Below, in pieces: positions 12,589 to 25,464 of a stretch of DNA of 64,000 bases. Under the pieces are notes generated by a model. That model did no database searches, was not told the origin of the DNA, and saw nothing but the letters and a program-made list of their open reading frames with translations. This DNA comes from Hormiphora californensis (lineage: Eukaryota > Animalia > Ctenophora). Within the stretch, counting starts at the first letter, position 1. Every line of letters starts with the position of its first letter. The stretch spans positions 6,758,001 to 6,822,000 of the forward strand of contig CM035355.1 of NCBI GenBank assembly GCA_020137815.1, written 5' to 3'. Both the position numbers and the translations under genes were made by a program.

Positions 12589-12663
12589 TGTTCATTTCCA
12601 TTTTTTGCCTCTCACAAATTTCGGGCGCCGTTACGATCTGGGTGTTTGGAGGCCTGTTTAATC

Positions 12664-12883
12664 TCGGATTTTTTGAAACTGTCACCCCCCCTGAGTTTTC
12701 AAATTTCTTTAAATGACCATAAGTCCGGTTCCTGATGAGATAGAGACTTGAAATTTGGAGGTTATAAAGATCTTGCTAAGTTCTTCCGAACCTCCAAATT
12801 TCAAGTCTCTATCTTATCAGGAACCGGATATATGTTAATTTTGTTATTTCAGGGGGGTGACAGTTTCAAAAAATCCGACTTTA
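12664..12883. mobile_element. ~220-bp palindromic MITE (same family as 45716-45939)
   Basis: TCGGATTTTTTGAAACTGTCACCCCCCTGA inverted termini; near-identical copy in opposite orientation at 45716-45939. Confidence 0.85.
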
Positions 12884-12988
12884 CAGGTGCGCGCTGCCAA
12901 AAAAGTTGATTCACTAAAATGGCTCTAACCGCCAAACCACTCGACCGTTTTGGCTGATTCAAAGTTTATCTGGTAGGGAATGTCAAGG

Positions 12989-13045
12989 CCTAACCCCAAC
13001 CCAAACCCCAACCCTAACCCTAACCCTACTTTAGCCCTAACCCTA
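12989..13045 (-). repeat. Interstitial degenerate (CCCTAA)n
   Basis: CCTAACCCCAACCCAAACCCCAACCCTAACCCTAACCCTA... Confidence 0.75.
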
Positions 13046-13146
13046 AAAAACCGTTTGTCAGCACTCCCAAAACACCCAGATTTTAACGCTAGCCACAAAT
13101 TTCTTGGAATGCGCTGCAGCCCCCTCATGCGCGCACCCCCGCAACG

Positions 13147-13634
13147 AGGGGACTGGAGGGAATGCCGCGCGCGCGTTTGGCCTGATCCCGGCTGGGTCGA
13201 AGATAACTTTGCGGTCGAAAAAACGGCGGTGCTTATAACTTTGGCTCCTGAAGTCCGTTTGACTTGATTCTTTCACCAGTTGTTAGATCTGACGATTATC
13301 TACCTTGCTGTTTTTGAGAGAAGTTAATTGGACTTAAGGAGGCTGAGCAATAGCCGTTGAAAGATGGGTTGTTTTCAAAAAGTGACGTCACAGATTCTTG
13401 CAGGGACACCTTTTTAAAAATTTCATTCAAATTTTGATTTTACCGCACTCGATTTTGCGGAGTTTGGTTCATATCTCCTGTTCCTGATAAGATAGAGACC
13501 TGAAACCGGTTGCATTTGAAAGCTGTTATCTTCCTCTTTCCAACGCTACCAAAACGATTTCTGTACCTTATCTGGAACCGGAGATATGATTGATTATGAA
13601 TTCCCCCCTAGCGCGGTATTCCCTCCAGGCCCCT
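13147..13634. mobile_element. Non-autonomous TIR element
   Basis: 24-bp imperfect TIR AGGGGACTGGAGGGAATGCCGCGC / GCGCGGTATTCCCTCCAGGCCCCT. Related AGGGGCCTGCA(A/G)CGTATGCCAA ends occur at ~13649, ~19498 and, inverted, ~13104-13125. Confidence 0.7.
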
Positions 13635-14481
13635 TATATTATATTATAAGGGGCCTGCAACGTATGCCAAACAAATTTCTTGAAAAGCGTTGAAAAACTT
13701 GAAAAGCGCTGCCTTATTGCGAACTGCGAGGGGTCTGTAGCAACTTAATCCGTTGGACGTTGGTTATGAAATAGCAGGTGGGATAGCCAGCGTGTTTCAG
13801 AAAGTCCTGAAGACACTCCCGTCCCGAAACTTCAAAAGAAATCGGTGGAAATCTCGCCGTCACCAGTTTGACGGTTGACTCGCACTGAGCTGGTGAGCTG
13901 AAGAATTATTTCCTGAATAAAGAAGAAGAACAGCAAGTCCTACGACCACACAAACATCAGTTGCCACGAAGTAACACAACTCCTTTGCTTCAACTTTCAA
14001 GAGCTCTGAGCTACTCGATTATGGAACACTCCGAATTAATGTATTGTTTTTGTCCAGTCCCCAGTTACACCTTCTTGACACAAGATTTTACTATGCCCAG
14101 CTTCGACTTTTTTGAAAACGAAACTGCGAAACATGCTGATACAATTATCAACTCGTATTTGAACCAAGTGAAACAAGCGGTTTCAGAGAACCGCTTGTTT
14201 CACTTTGTACTATACTACTCCAGGATTTCGACCTTGTTGAGTACTCTGTCCTGTCGGGACATACCAAAAACAAGTCCATTAGTATTTGAACCATTCATGA
14301 TTCATACTTTATCGGAGCGCTGAATCAGTATCAAACGACTCAATCTAGTTTTACCACACAGGACTTAATTCAGAAGGATTTTCAAATAAAAAGTCAATCA
14401 GCACATTTTATATTCGTGTTACAGCTTTAGATCAGTTTCATGTAATCGTCTTTTGTTGGCAGAGTGGTCAATAGATAGGGC

Positions 14482-17400
14482 TTAGAAATGTTCATCATCT
14501 ATCCATGTGTTTTGCAGTCTCGGGACTGTGAGGGAGCTTGTCTGGGCCCGGGGGGATGTTGGAGGAGAAAGGTTAACTGATCGGTCATCTCTCATCGTCA
14601 CTTTGCTTTCCATTGTCAGCTCCTGGAGGAATGAGGACGATAAATTTATTTCTCCAATTCTTACTTTCAATTATAACAGCTGTGATACTTGCCTTCTCAT
14701 TCAATAGGTCGCTATCTTCATCTGCCTTCCAGGCCGCCATAACGCACTGTTTTGCAGCTGTAACAGGGGTAATTATAAGTCATATAAGATGGAGCACTAG
14801 TGACTGAGGACTAGAAAAGAAATATAATGGGGTACTGTAGTGAGCACAAGGAAAGGAAAGATCATTACTGTCATAGAAAGAGTAATGAGAAATGCCTGAC
14901 GTCTGTAAACACCTGCCACAATGTTTATTACTACCCCCAACCCGCCCTTACCTCCCGCCCTTACCTCCCCATTCTTTCTTTATATTCTTGTCCATTTATC
15001 TCTTTCTTCTAACATAAGAGATAGAAAGACAATAATTTCTCAAACCCCCCTCACTCTCACCACAGTAACAGTAGAACACAGGTAAACCCCTGGATTGTAT
15101 TTGACAGTGAGAAGAGGTAGTGGAAAGCGAGGACTTTAGTAAACAGAGTGAAGAATCCGAAAATCCAAGTACACCCCAGCACAATGAGCATGAGGGCACA
15201 ACTTCGGAGATCAGAGAACACCTGTGTCCTGTGCAGTTCACTGAAAACAGGGGGGACATATCAGAAGATTGATAACGAACAAATAATTGGTACAATTGAA
15301 TGACGAATGTAGTACCTGCTATAGCAGTTTGTTGAGTACAATTATATTGACGTAACCTGGCAGACTTGACGATGAACCTCAGGACGGAAATGTATAGAGC
15401 AATGTTGATGATAGCAACGAGGAATGGCGGGAATTCCAAACCACTCCTACAATTCGGTCTCCTTTTAGCCAGCAGTAGTCAGGGTTATCGTAGTTAGAGA
15501 ACCCTATGTCTTCACCAGTCAGGACACAGAAGGATATTAGGAGCACCGGAATACCTGGTTAAAAGAGGGGTTAAAAGTTCAAATCAAGAAGTATGGACAG
15601 GTGAGAAGAAGCCCTATAACGGACCCTGGCCTCTGATATTTAAGGGACCCTTTAAAATCCATTTCTCAATCAATTTCCCAACTTACCCCAAGCTGCCACT
15701 GAGAGAACCTTGACGTGATTGCTGTTGGTGAGAGGTGCCCTACAGGTAGCCCACAGAAGCAGTGCCTCACAACTCATCCAGCAGAGGGCAGAGAGAAAGA
15801 AGTAGTGCATCAACACAGCACCTAGAATTTGAAAAGAGTTATTTTCTCTCTTCATCTCTCACCAGTTACCACCCCAATCTCTTAAGCATGCTCTAGCTCT
15901 TCAAACCTGTGATACAGGCAGTTCTGTAGGCAGTCATGTCAATGAAGATCAGGAAGGTCGCGTATGCCAGGAGTAATGCCAAGGAAAAGTTGACGTGAAC
16001 GATCGTCTCGGTCAAACGGCGGATGTGATCGAATCGAAGGAGTGCTATCAGTGTCCCCATTAGGCATAGCATGCTGATCGATATACCTGAAGCGAGGACC
16101 GTGTTTAATATCTTGGCAAAATCGAGCAGCTTTATTCAAAAATCATTGTACCTGCTTGCCTTGTTCGACCAAATATAAAGTAGGGTTAGAGAATATCATT
16201 TGTACCTGTAATGCTGACATAGTCAAGGAACTGCTTATCGAATTCTGGAATGAAGCTGTCATTCCGGGTCATGAGCACACTGAAACTTGTCAGGTGAGTC
16301 GTTTCACATTCAACCCATTGTTCACTTTCGTCTTTCTGAAGTATATAGGGTAAAATGTCAATTGATGATGCAAATTGCAAGATATCAGTAAAAACCTGGT
16401 AGAATTGGAAAAATGTTCCCCTGGTAACATATTGAATTCTACCAGTGTTACCTTGGTAACAGATGGAATCCAGTTACCTTGGTAACGCCATCCTGAGACC
16501 AGGCGAGTGTGGTGGTGTTCCAGTAGGCACACGTCGCCCTCTCTCCGTAGTACTTCTTGTTAAGAAAGATGGACGCCTTGAAAAGAGCTGGTGTTCCTGA
16601 CTTGAAGCTTGCCCCAATAACATTACTCGCCGTGTTCTGATCGGGATTCACCCTAAAACATAATTGAGATTAATTGGAGTTTTATTTCAGTTTACCTTCT
16701 ACCGATTGATTGACCGACACCCTTGTATTGCTCGATAAGTAAGAAATGCAGTAATACCAGGACTCACAGTGAATTGTTGTAGACAGTAAACCAAACTCTT
16801 CCAGATACGAAATCCTTAGGAAACACCATCCGTTCTGTTGTAGTCAAGTTCACCTCATAATCATACAACACCAGATCATCCAAATTCCATCCGTTGGAAA
16901 TATTGTGGGCAGCAAAAGTTATTTCTGATGTCACCTGACTGAATGGAAAAGGTGAAAGAAGGGAATAAAACCAGGAAATAAACAATTTGGCTAATCTTTT
17001 TTAGATTCTTGGAAGATTCCTTCCACTTCCCAAATGTTTGAACCAAATGGGTGGTTTGTTATCTCACCTTGAATTGACGTCCACAACACTCAGTGCCACA
17101 CCATTATCCGCTAATTTGATCGGTTCCTTTGAATCCCTACCAATCATATCAACCACCTCCATACACCCTTGAACTACATTCATTGCTTCGCTCGTGTCAC
17201 TCGTTAGACGGGTTATGTTTTCCAGTACCGTACTAACAGATTCCACGAGGTGCATCATGGATCCCGGGGTTGATAAACAATCTTTATCTTCTGCCAGTTT
17301 CTTCAGGAAGTCGATACTTGAATTAGCTTCCTGGAGGCAAGTGAAAGTACCAGTCCGAATCGTATCCCGTATGGTCAGGGATTTCTCAGTTACTGCTGCA

Positions 17401-20400
17401 TCACTTTTAATTAGTTTTTCGATTTCTTTAAACTTTTCGGCAATCGTGCTAGTGCAAATGGTCGTGTCTGGTGTTCCTATAAAGTTAAACACCCCCTTTT
17501 CTTCACATCTCACTTCCTCCCTGGGCATAAACCCTTCGGAACAGGATATTTCTACCTTTTCTCCCCGCTGAAAGTGGGTCAGTTATCAAAAACGCAAATA
17601 AAGAAATAGTGGTTTCCATGGCAATAGTGGTTTCCATGGAAATAGTGGTTTCCATGGCAATAGTTGCTTACCAACACTTCATGATTCGTAGTGATGGTTC
17701 CGTTTCCAATGATTTCACTACTCAGTTCATCCGTATCACAAGTTAAGGCCCATGACACAGCGATGACACTCTTTGTTTCTGTGTCGTCAATCTTACAAGT
17801 AAACGTCCCCTCTTCTTCAACAATAATCGCTGATTGCCATCCTCCTACTGTCCACTTTTCCGTGACTCCACTTTTAATTTCATCTTCTTTACTCCAGGAG
17901 AGTTTCCTGTAAGGCTCGTTCTCGGCCGTACAGAACAGTGTCACACTCTGTCTATCTCGTAGAATTGTCGAAGATGCGCTGAGTTTCAGTTTCGGTTGAT
18001 CTTTCACGAATTCAATGTCAAAGTTGGTCAGTAGTTGTTTGTTGGTGAAGGTTACAGTATCACTTGAGGTTAGGGTCATGGCCGGGTCGAGGATTAGTTG
18101 CTGGGGAATCTTGTACCAACGGCGAGAGAGACTCAATGTGATTTCTTGGGCGCCCTAACGGGGCGATAAAAGATACGTTGTTAGATTTGATAGATCTGTT
18201 AGACCAAAAACTAACTGAGATACACGTTGGTGAACTTTCATACTTACATTCGAATTGTGCTCGGCATTGACCTCCATGTAAACATTTTCCAGGGAGCTAT
18301 TCGTAATTGTGGTCAGTATAAACCTCACCTCAGTCAAAGTAATTTTCTTCTGAGAGTGTGCAGTATTAATTGAGGTAACTGGTAAATAAATCAATATTTT
18401 ACTGGTAATGGATGGATAAAATAAACGAAATATATCTTACCTCACTTGCACTGCTATAAATTAGCACCTTCGTATTTGAAATGTTGCTGCCGTTATTAGG
18501 TTTCACAAGTTCTGATTTTTTACTCAGATTAAACCCTGGTAGGATCATAAATCAGTATAACAATTTATGGCTTACGCCCTACTAGTCAGGACCACTATTG
18601 GTGTGCGGTCGTGCCCACGGAAGAAGTGTTTGGATCATCTTGAAACCGGTTTTAAGTTAACTAATGCATATCCAAAAGTGTCTGTAGCTATTTGGGTGAT
18701 GTTCTGACAATCCAATCACGAGTTATGACCAAAAACAGTCAAAAAAGATGTTTTGAAGTGACAAAAAGGAGGACCTGAACACAGCCCTTATATGAAGGGT
18801 TGGGGCTATGAAACTTCTTGAGTGGATAGAGAATCGTCCAAATTTGCAGTCTCAACTTTGGAATAGTTTCTATCTTTTGTAGTTATCTAATTAGAGCCGT
18901 TTAAACATGTGAGAAGATGCTGTAGGGGCCTCTAATACTGTGCATTCTTGCTTGTGAAGTGATCACTTGACGAGATTTACCCAAGTCCCAATTAGAGAGC
19001 AGATTAAAGCATACAAGCGGTGAGAGCAAGCAATATGGGTCGGAAACAGTACCAAATTACCCTGTTTTGCAGATCGTCTCACATGTTTAAACAGCTCTAA
19101 TTAGATAACTACAAAAGATAGAAACTATTCCAAAGTTGAGACTGCAAATTTGGACGATTCTCTGTCCACTCAAGAAGTTTCATAGCCCCAACCCTTCATA
19201 TAAAGGCTGTGTTCAGGTCCTCCTTTTTGTCACTTTAAAACGTCTTTTTTGACTGTTTTTTGGTCATAACTCGTGATTGGATTGTCTGAACATCACCCAA
19301 ATAGCTACCGACACTTTTGGATATGCATTAGTTAACTTAAAACCGGTTTCAAGATGATCCAAACACTTCTTCCGTGGGCACGACCGCACACCAATAGTGG
19401 TCCTGACTATACCCGCTTCTTGTTTCTGGACTCTGGTACACCAACTTGATATTTAGTTACTGTAGTCCCTTTTCAATGTGCTAAATAATCTGCAATAAGG
19501 GGCCTGCAGCGTATGCCAAACTAAACACGGCTATAGACTTGCTCTTAAAATTACATACGTGGTGCTCGTTTACAAAGCACTCTGTTCTCAGTATCTCTGC
19601 CGGATATTTCTCGAAACCGATCTACTACCACATCTCCCTTGGGTGAGATAACCGCAATTGCACTTTGGCTCGTATCGCATTTGTTTGCCTCGTATTCCTG
19701 GTGTGATAGCCGAATTTTAGGTATAAACCTAGGCTAGAGACAGGAGAGGGCCCCTTTGATACAGTCGGACCCAGCTTTAACGGCAGGATAATCGGGGTCC
19801 GATTTTATTTAGTTTTGCTCCGCTCCCGAAACCAGAACTAAAGCAGGGCAGCTAGGATAAATCCAGTGCCGGGGGTGCTGATATCCCTTTCAACATAGAA
19901 CAAGAACCCTAAGATAAGTTAATTTACCTACCAACAAATATGGAGGTTCCATTTGGGCAGATTTGTTGCACGCTGACACTCTAAAGATTTCCCCCGGATA
20001 AAGTTCTCCTATTTTCCATCGTTCTAGTTCTGAGCTAGGCGTAACAGGGATTCCGTAGCCTTCATCCGCACAGGCACCCTTCAAATCCGAGTTGAACGGG
20101 ACCGTGTAGTACTCAACTGCAATAAAGAACTGAGTAAATTGGTTGGGGTGAAGCAAAAGAAAACTATTATAATATTTATATGATGTCCTTATAATTTATA
20201 AGAACATCATATAAATAATTTGCCCTTCTTCTTCTTCTTCTTCTGATGTTACCTTACCGTCCGATGCAGTACACAGGGTATACTCGCAGCTATAATTCTG
20301 GGCACATCTGAAAATAAAATATTATTGACGATAACTTAGTTTGTTAAGGGATGCTCTTGACAGTGCTCGACAGAGGTAAATCTGGAGCTTGGACAACACT

Positions 20401-21573
20401 TGTTGTATTATCATTATTATTGACAATATGAAGTTCAAATAAAAGTATTTCTGATTCTTACATTGTACTAAGATAGTGATTATAGCTCCCATCGTTCTGC
20501 AGGTATAGGTTCTCTGATCCCCCCTCCATACCAACATAGTTTGTCTTATCACCATATATTTTGTAAGAAGGTAGAAACAAGTTTTTGTCTTGACAGAACT
20601 CTTTCGCGGCATTGTAATCATCATGTTTGGGATTAGGGTCAAAATCAATAACTGCGTTATTTCCGTAGGTCACTAGGGAAAAAAACTTCAAATTAGAAGA
20701 CGGGAAATTCAAGAATCCATATTTAAACGGAAATCTAGATTAAATGTTGTACCTGGTTTGAAAACTAAAACCTCAGTCAAGCAGTTCAGATTATCCACGT
20801 TTTCAGTCAGTGTAATACAGATAGTCTTTGTCATGATAGGAGGATTGAAGAGCCATGTAGCATTGTCTACTCTATCCACTTTCAAAGATTCTCCATCACA
20901 GTCAGTGACCTAAAAAAGGTTTCAAGGTCAATAAAAATCAATTGAGATATAAACGAAATTAAATATTAATTATTCACCTCATTTCCATTTGGCTTTGGGT
21001 AGCTTTCTCCGCAGCAGTCCGAATAGTAAAAATAGATCTTTGAAATATAGCCAATGATTCCGCTTTGCTGAACTCCAATCTTGATAGTTGTCGGGTTCCC
21101 GGGTGAAGTTATAATTGTGTTGCATTGTCTCTTCAGGAGTCCGTCTGAGAGAGCCTTGAAGATCTCTTCTCCAACGGTAACCGTAACGACGCCAGTATTG
21201 TGAGCGCCATCCTTGTAGTAAAATTCCTTCGGTATATCATCAAGGAAGTCGTCGTTGTTAATTACCTTAATTTTTCCTTCCGAGTTCACGATTGTTAGTG
21301 CTGCGAGAAATAGAGTTTCAGTTCACAGTCTGCACAATGTACATTGTACAGTGCACATTGTACAGTACACAATGCACAATGCACATTGTACAGTGCACAA
21401 CGTACACAAAAGCAGTCATAAACAGTTCACAGTCTCAAGTCTGTGTGTTGTAACCAAAGTAATTTTATAGTAAAATTTAAGATACGAATTAAGAAAGTAA
21501 GTTGTAAAAACTAACCAATTGTAAGGTGTTGACACCCATTCAACAAGAGCACTAGCAATGCCAGGACAAACAT
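14482..21573 (-). CDS. Adhesion G-protein-coupled receptor (Ig + GAIN/GPS + 7TM), multi-exon
   Basis: Signal peptide MFVLALLVLLLNG (ATG 21573). Ig-like SVTLFCTAE...LSWSK...GTFTC. GPS motif CAYWNTTTLAWSQDG...VECETTHLTSFSVLM. TM3 LMHYFFLSALCWMSCEALLL. Confidence 0.85.
18583..19409. mobile_element. Foldback element with ~330-bp inverted arms, in an aGPCR intron
   Basis: TAGTCAGGACCACTATTGGTGTGCGG... / ...CCGCACACCAATAGTGGTCCTGACTA. Arms ~18583-18913 and ~19077-19409 are near-identical. Confidence 0.88.
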
Positions 21574-21664
21574 TTCTAAATGATTGGGATCGAATGAGAG
21601 GCAGTTAGCGCCCTTACCCACACAGATATTTCTCTTTGATCCCTCTTTCTTTCTCCCTCTACCT

Positions 21665-21670
<6 letters not shown>

Positions 21671-21720
<50 letters not shown>
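21671..21720. repeat. (CT)n microsatellite
   Basis: Direct reading. Confidence 0.95.
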
Positions 21721-21724
<4 letters not shown>

Positions 21725-21964
21725 AGAGTAGGCAGGTGCTAGCACTATTAACCTCCCTCCTTCCCTTACTCCCTCATTCAAGGGGGACAGTATGGAACAG
21801 GTGGCACTTTGTCAGGCAAATGCTCCTTTTTCGTTGCCATAGAAACCACTAGTCATTTAAAAACGTTTTCGTACTAAACTGTTTACATTTATAGCAAGTT
21901 GTAGGAATGATAGAATACTAAAAGATCTGAAGTAATGGAGGGATTTAGAAGTTAAAAAGGGATC

Positions 21965-24900
21965 ATGAGTGGACCTAAGTTTGGTGAGTTAGCGTTTATT
22001 TGGGTATTTTTTACTTTATTTCAAATTTTAGCACCCCCAAACCATCACTTATTTAACAAGTCATTATATGAATGGACACTGCACCTGCTTTTTATCCCTC
22101 TCTCTCTCTCTCTGACTTGAGGAGGGGCGTATTCTTGTTATCTTTTTCGCAGCTCACCACTCATCTACCTCCTCAACTTTCTCCTACTGTCCCTAATCTT
22201 CTTTTTAACTGCAGGACAAGCAGCAGAAGCTGTTAGGTCTGGACTGGTCAAGACACGAACTCAATTCACGGACAACATTCGATGTCGAAAGGATCAATTC
22301 ACGGACAACATTCGATGTCGAAAGGATCGGTTCATGGCCCTGCCCCTAGTTTCAACCCTGGATATGAACCTGCGGTATATGGTTTCCCAAGATAATATTG
22401 ATAATATGCGGGATCGGTACCACTACACCTATCACTGGCTAGCGGGAACTGAAGTTACGGAAATTCAGGAAAAGGTAGTTTTTGTACCTTGTGTGCGTGT
22501 GTGAGAGTCCAAACAAAACGAGAAAATTATACTAAAACAGTAATTTACAATCCTTGTCAAACAATATCACCATTACAAGCACGAAACAGCACCATTAACA
22601 GCCGCCCCATCACCTTTACAGGCCCGGTATCTAGAGGGGAAGTTGAACCACCACAGAAAGGAAATGAGAGAAAGCAGGGAAGCCCTGGATGGTGTTGTGG
22701 AGAGGCTGAGGGACATCACTACAGATTTAGAGCACACAGGTCGAGGTGATGTGAAACATCTTCATCTTAGGCAGCTGGAGTACGAGACAATTCAGGTATT
22801 TTTAGTGTTCCTTTGGGTTGTCATTCTACATTACTGTATTGTCGTGTACACAGCTTCGGCCCAGTTCAGTTAGGGCAGTTTTTCAGTCTTTGGGATATTG
22901 ACTGTAGTAGGGCTACCCTTGCTTGTCTTTCTCTGTCTGTCTAGCCCGCAGCAGTACAAGAGGAGGAACATTTCCAACTGAATGCTATTGACAACTAGTT
23001 TTTTACACTCCTCTCTCCCACAGGAAGAGATGAAGCTGAGTAAGGTAGTACAGAAGAACCAGTTTCAGGAAAGAGAGACCTTTACAATGCTTATGAACGC
23101 AGTTAAAGAGGCCCACGAGACTGAGAGGAACTATAATCAGAGAATGAAGATGATTTCATTAGGAGGTAGGTTATATTTTGAGAATTGAGAGGTTGATAGA
23201 TTGAAGTTTTTGAAGTTTCCCATCACCCAACTTTTCAAAATCGGCACTTCAAAAACTTCAACCCCCCCCCCGCCCCATATTTTCGTGGAGGAATTTTTTG
23301 GAATTTCACCCTTCGGTTTTATGTAAGTTGAATTCTGATCATCATCCTCCCCTCGTTCCAGGTGCCATCCTTGGTTCGTGCGTGGGTTACCTTTTCTCCG
23401 CTCGACTCAACTCAGTCCGGTTTTCCCGAATGGATGAAACCATAAACAAGAAACTGGAACTCCTCAGCTTCACCACCATCAATGCAATCAGGGAGATACA
23501 CGGACTAGAACCTAACGTCATCAGTGAGCCAGAGAAAAGGGGTATCCTCACCCGTCTGTGGGGGTTGTATCGAGTTCTAGAGGCACTCATGATCCGGTGT
23601 TATCACCTTGCTGTACAGGGTGCGGGGGAGCTAGTTGAGATTCTAAGAGATGCGATGAAGGATAAAAACGAACTAGAGGACAGTGGTGATTCATCGACCA
23701 CAATGACAGCTACTACTGCTACCACAGCGGTACCAATGTCAGATAGTTATACACAGACTCCAATGGTGGTGAAAGTTGTCGAGGTCCCCTCCAAGGTCAA
23801 CTACTCCGAACTGCCAGAATTCCAAGCCCTTGTTCGGTCCCTGACTCGGATCGAAAAACAGCAGGAGTCGCTGAAGAAGTTGATGTTGACTGAAAGGGAG
23901 CAGATCGCGGTGTCAGTTAGTACGAGTGATGAGGAGATAATAGCAATGTTGCAGTCAGATCAACAGAGTGTGAGGCATCTTCTGAACACAATCCAAGACA
24001 CACTTGAGGGTGGAAAATCTGATATCGGAGTGAATTTATCCGCTCTTGGATCCACTATCGATAGTCTGTCCCTAAAACTCAGTAACGCTTCAGAGCTGTA
24101 TGTAGGAGGGTTAGAGCACTCTAAAATCATCAATGACATGGCTGGTAGTCTGGAGGATGTGAAGTCACATTTGGATAGGTTAGAGATCCATGTGGCTGAT
24201 GGGTTGAATGGTCAGGCTCGAGCTCTTGAAGAGGCAAGTGGGAGTGTTGGGGAGGAGTTGAGTTCAATCCAGGAGGAGGTAGTGCGGTGTGGAGAGGAGA
24301 GTGCGGTTAGAGATAGTGAGATGGTACAGAGACTGGAGGAGATATTGTATGGTATCAGTACATCTGTTGAAGAGCTGAAAGACCCAGCTGCGATGGAGAG
24401 ACTGGTAGCTCAACTAGATGCTGCTGTAGTGGGAGTTAGGGAGGTCAGGGATACTGTAGAAGAGTTGAAATCGGAAGGAGCTGGGATTGTGGTTGAGGTT
24501 GAGAAGTTGAGAGATGTTACTGAGAGTGGAATATCCGCTCAGACCTCAGCTCTAGATACACTGACAGAGACAGTTGGGGAGATGAAGGCAGCACAGGGAG
24601 AGCATTTTACATCGCTCAATGAGACTGTGTCTCTGTTAGAACAGGCACAACAAGCAGTAATGGATCGACCAGAAATGATGGCAGTAGTAACTCCACCATC
24701 GCCACCTGTAGAAATTCCTCCAACTTGTCCCGATGATATCCCACTCCCCGACCCTGAACCACTCTCTGACTTGGAGCCACTCTCTAAAATAGATCTAGCT
24801 GCTGATAAAGTGACTCAAACTGTACCTGAAATCTCTGAGCCTCTGATAGTACAAGAGCTTGTTCCAAACCTTCCCAGCTCACAACCCCTACCACCGGGCC

Positions 24901-25193
24901 AATATTTAGTAAGGATAGAATCGATTGTCAGGCAAGAGCAGGAAACGAGTACTGAGACAGAGTGTGAGGAGGAAATTCTGGTTCCTGTTGAACTCTCAGA
25001 GATTCCAGAAATTGAGGATCTTGTGAGGACTCCAGAAATTGAGGATCTTGTGAGGACTCCAGAAATTGAGGATCTGGCCTCTTCATCTCATGAGATAAGT
25101 GAAGAAGAAGTGGCAAGGAGCAGTGCAGCTACCGGATATCTTTATGCATCGTTCGTTGTTATGTACACGGCTGCGCTGGTAATGTTTAGTTGA
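21965..25193 (+). CDS. CCDC51: CCDC51 (MITOK)-like coiled-coil membrane protein with long C-terminal extension, multi-exon
   Basis: Spliced translation ...LEYETIQEEMKL...QERETFTMLMNAVKEAHETERNYNQRMKMISLGGAILGSCVG parallels CCDC51 ([41 protein letters not shown], from memory). C-terminal TM helix. Start codon is less certain. Confidence 0.7.
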
Positions 25194-25464
25194 TTACAGG
25201 GTGGGTCAGAAAACCCTGACCCCCTTTAAAAACTATAATTTCTAGGTCTGATGATATCTGACTGAGTGATATTATATGAAGAATGTTTTTTCGTTTTTGT
25301 ATACCTCGGTTTATCGAGTGTGTTTCTATTCGATGTGAGAGAGTCTTTTTGTCCATTTTCAGGTTTTGAATGTTTTTTAATTTTCAAATCTTTATTTTTA
25401 ACTTTATTCACCACCAAAATACCAATGTTCTACTATGTAATACCAATCTCGTTTTATTAGCACA

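Noticed and set aside
7441-13045. TTAGGG tracts as a real telomere or fusion site
   Set aside because: Short and degenerate, embedded in or among TIR elements within a gene-dense region.
13805-13836. Second hammerhead (CTGAAGA...GAAAC)
   Set aside because: No stem II or stem I pairing.
13961-14323. 120-aa ORF as a transposase remnant
   Set aside because: TTG start and no DDE or other motif that I can recognise; unsupported without a search.
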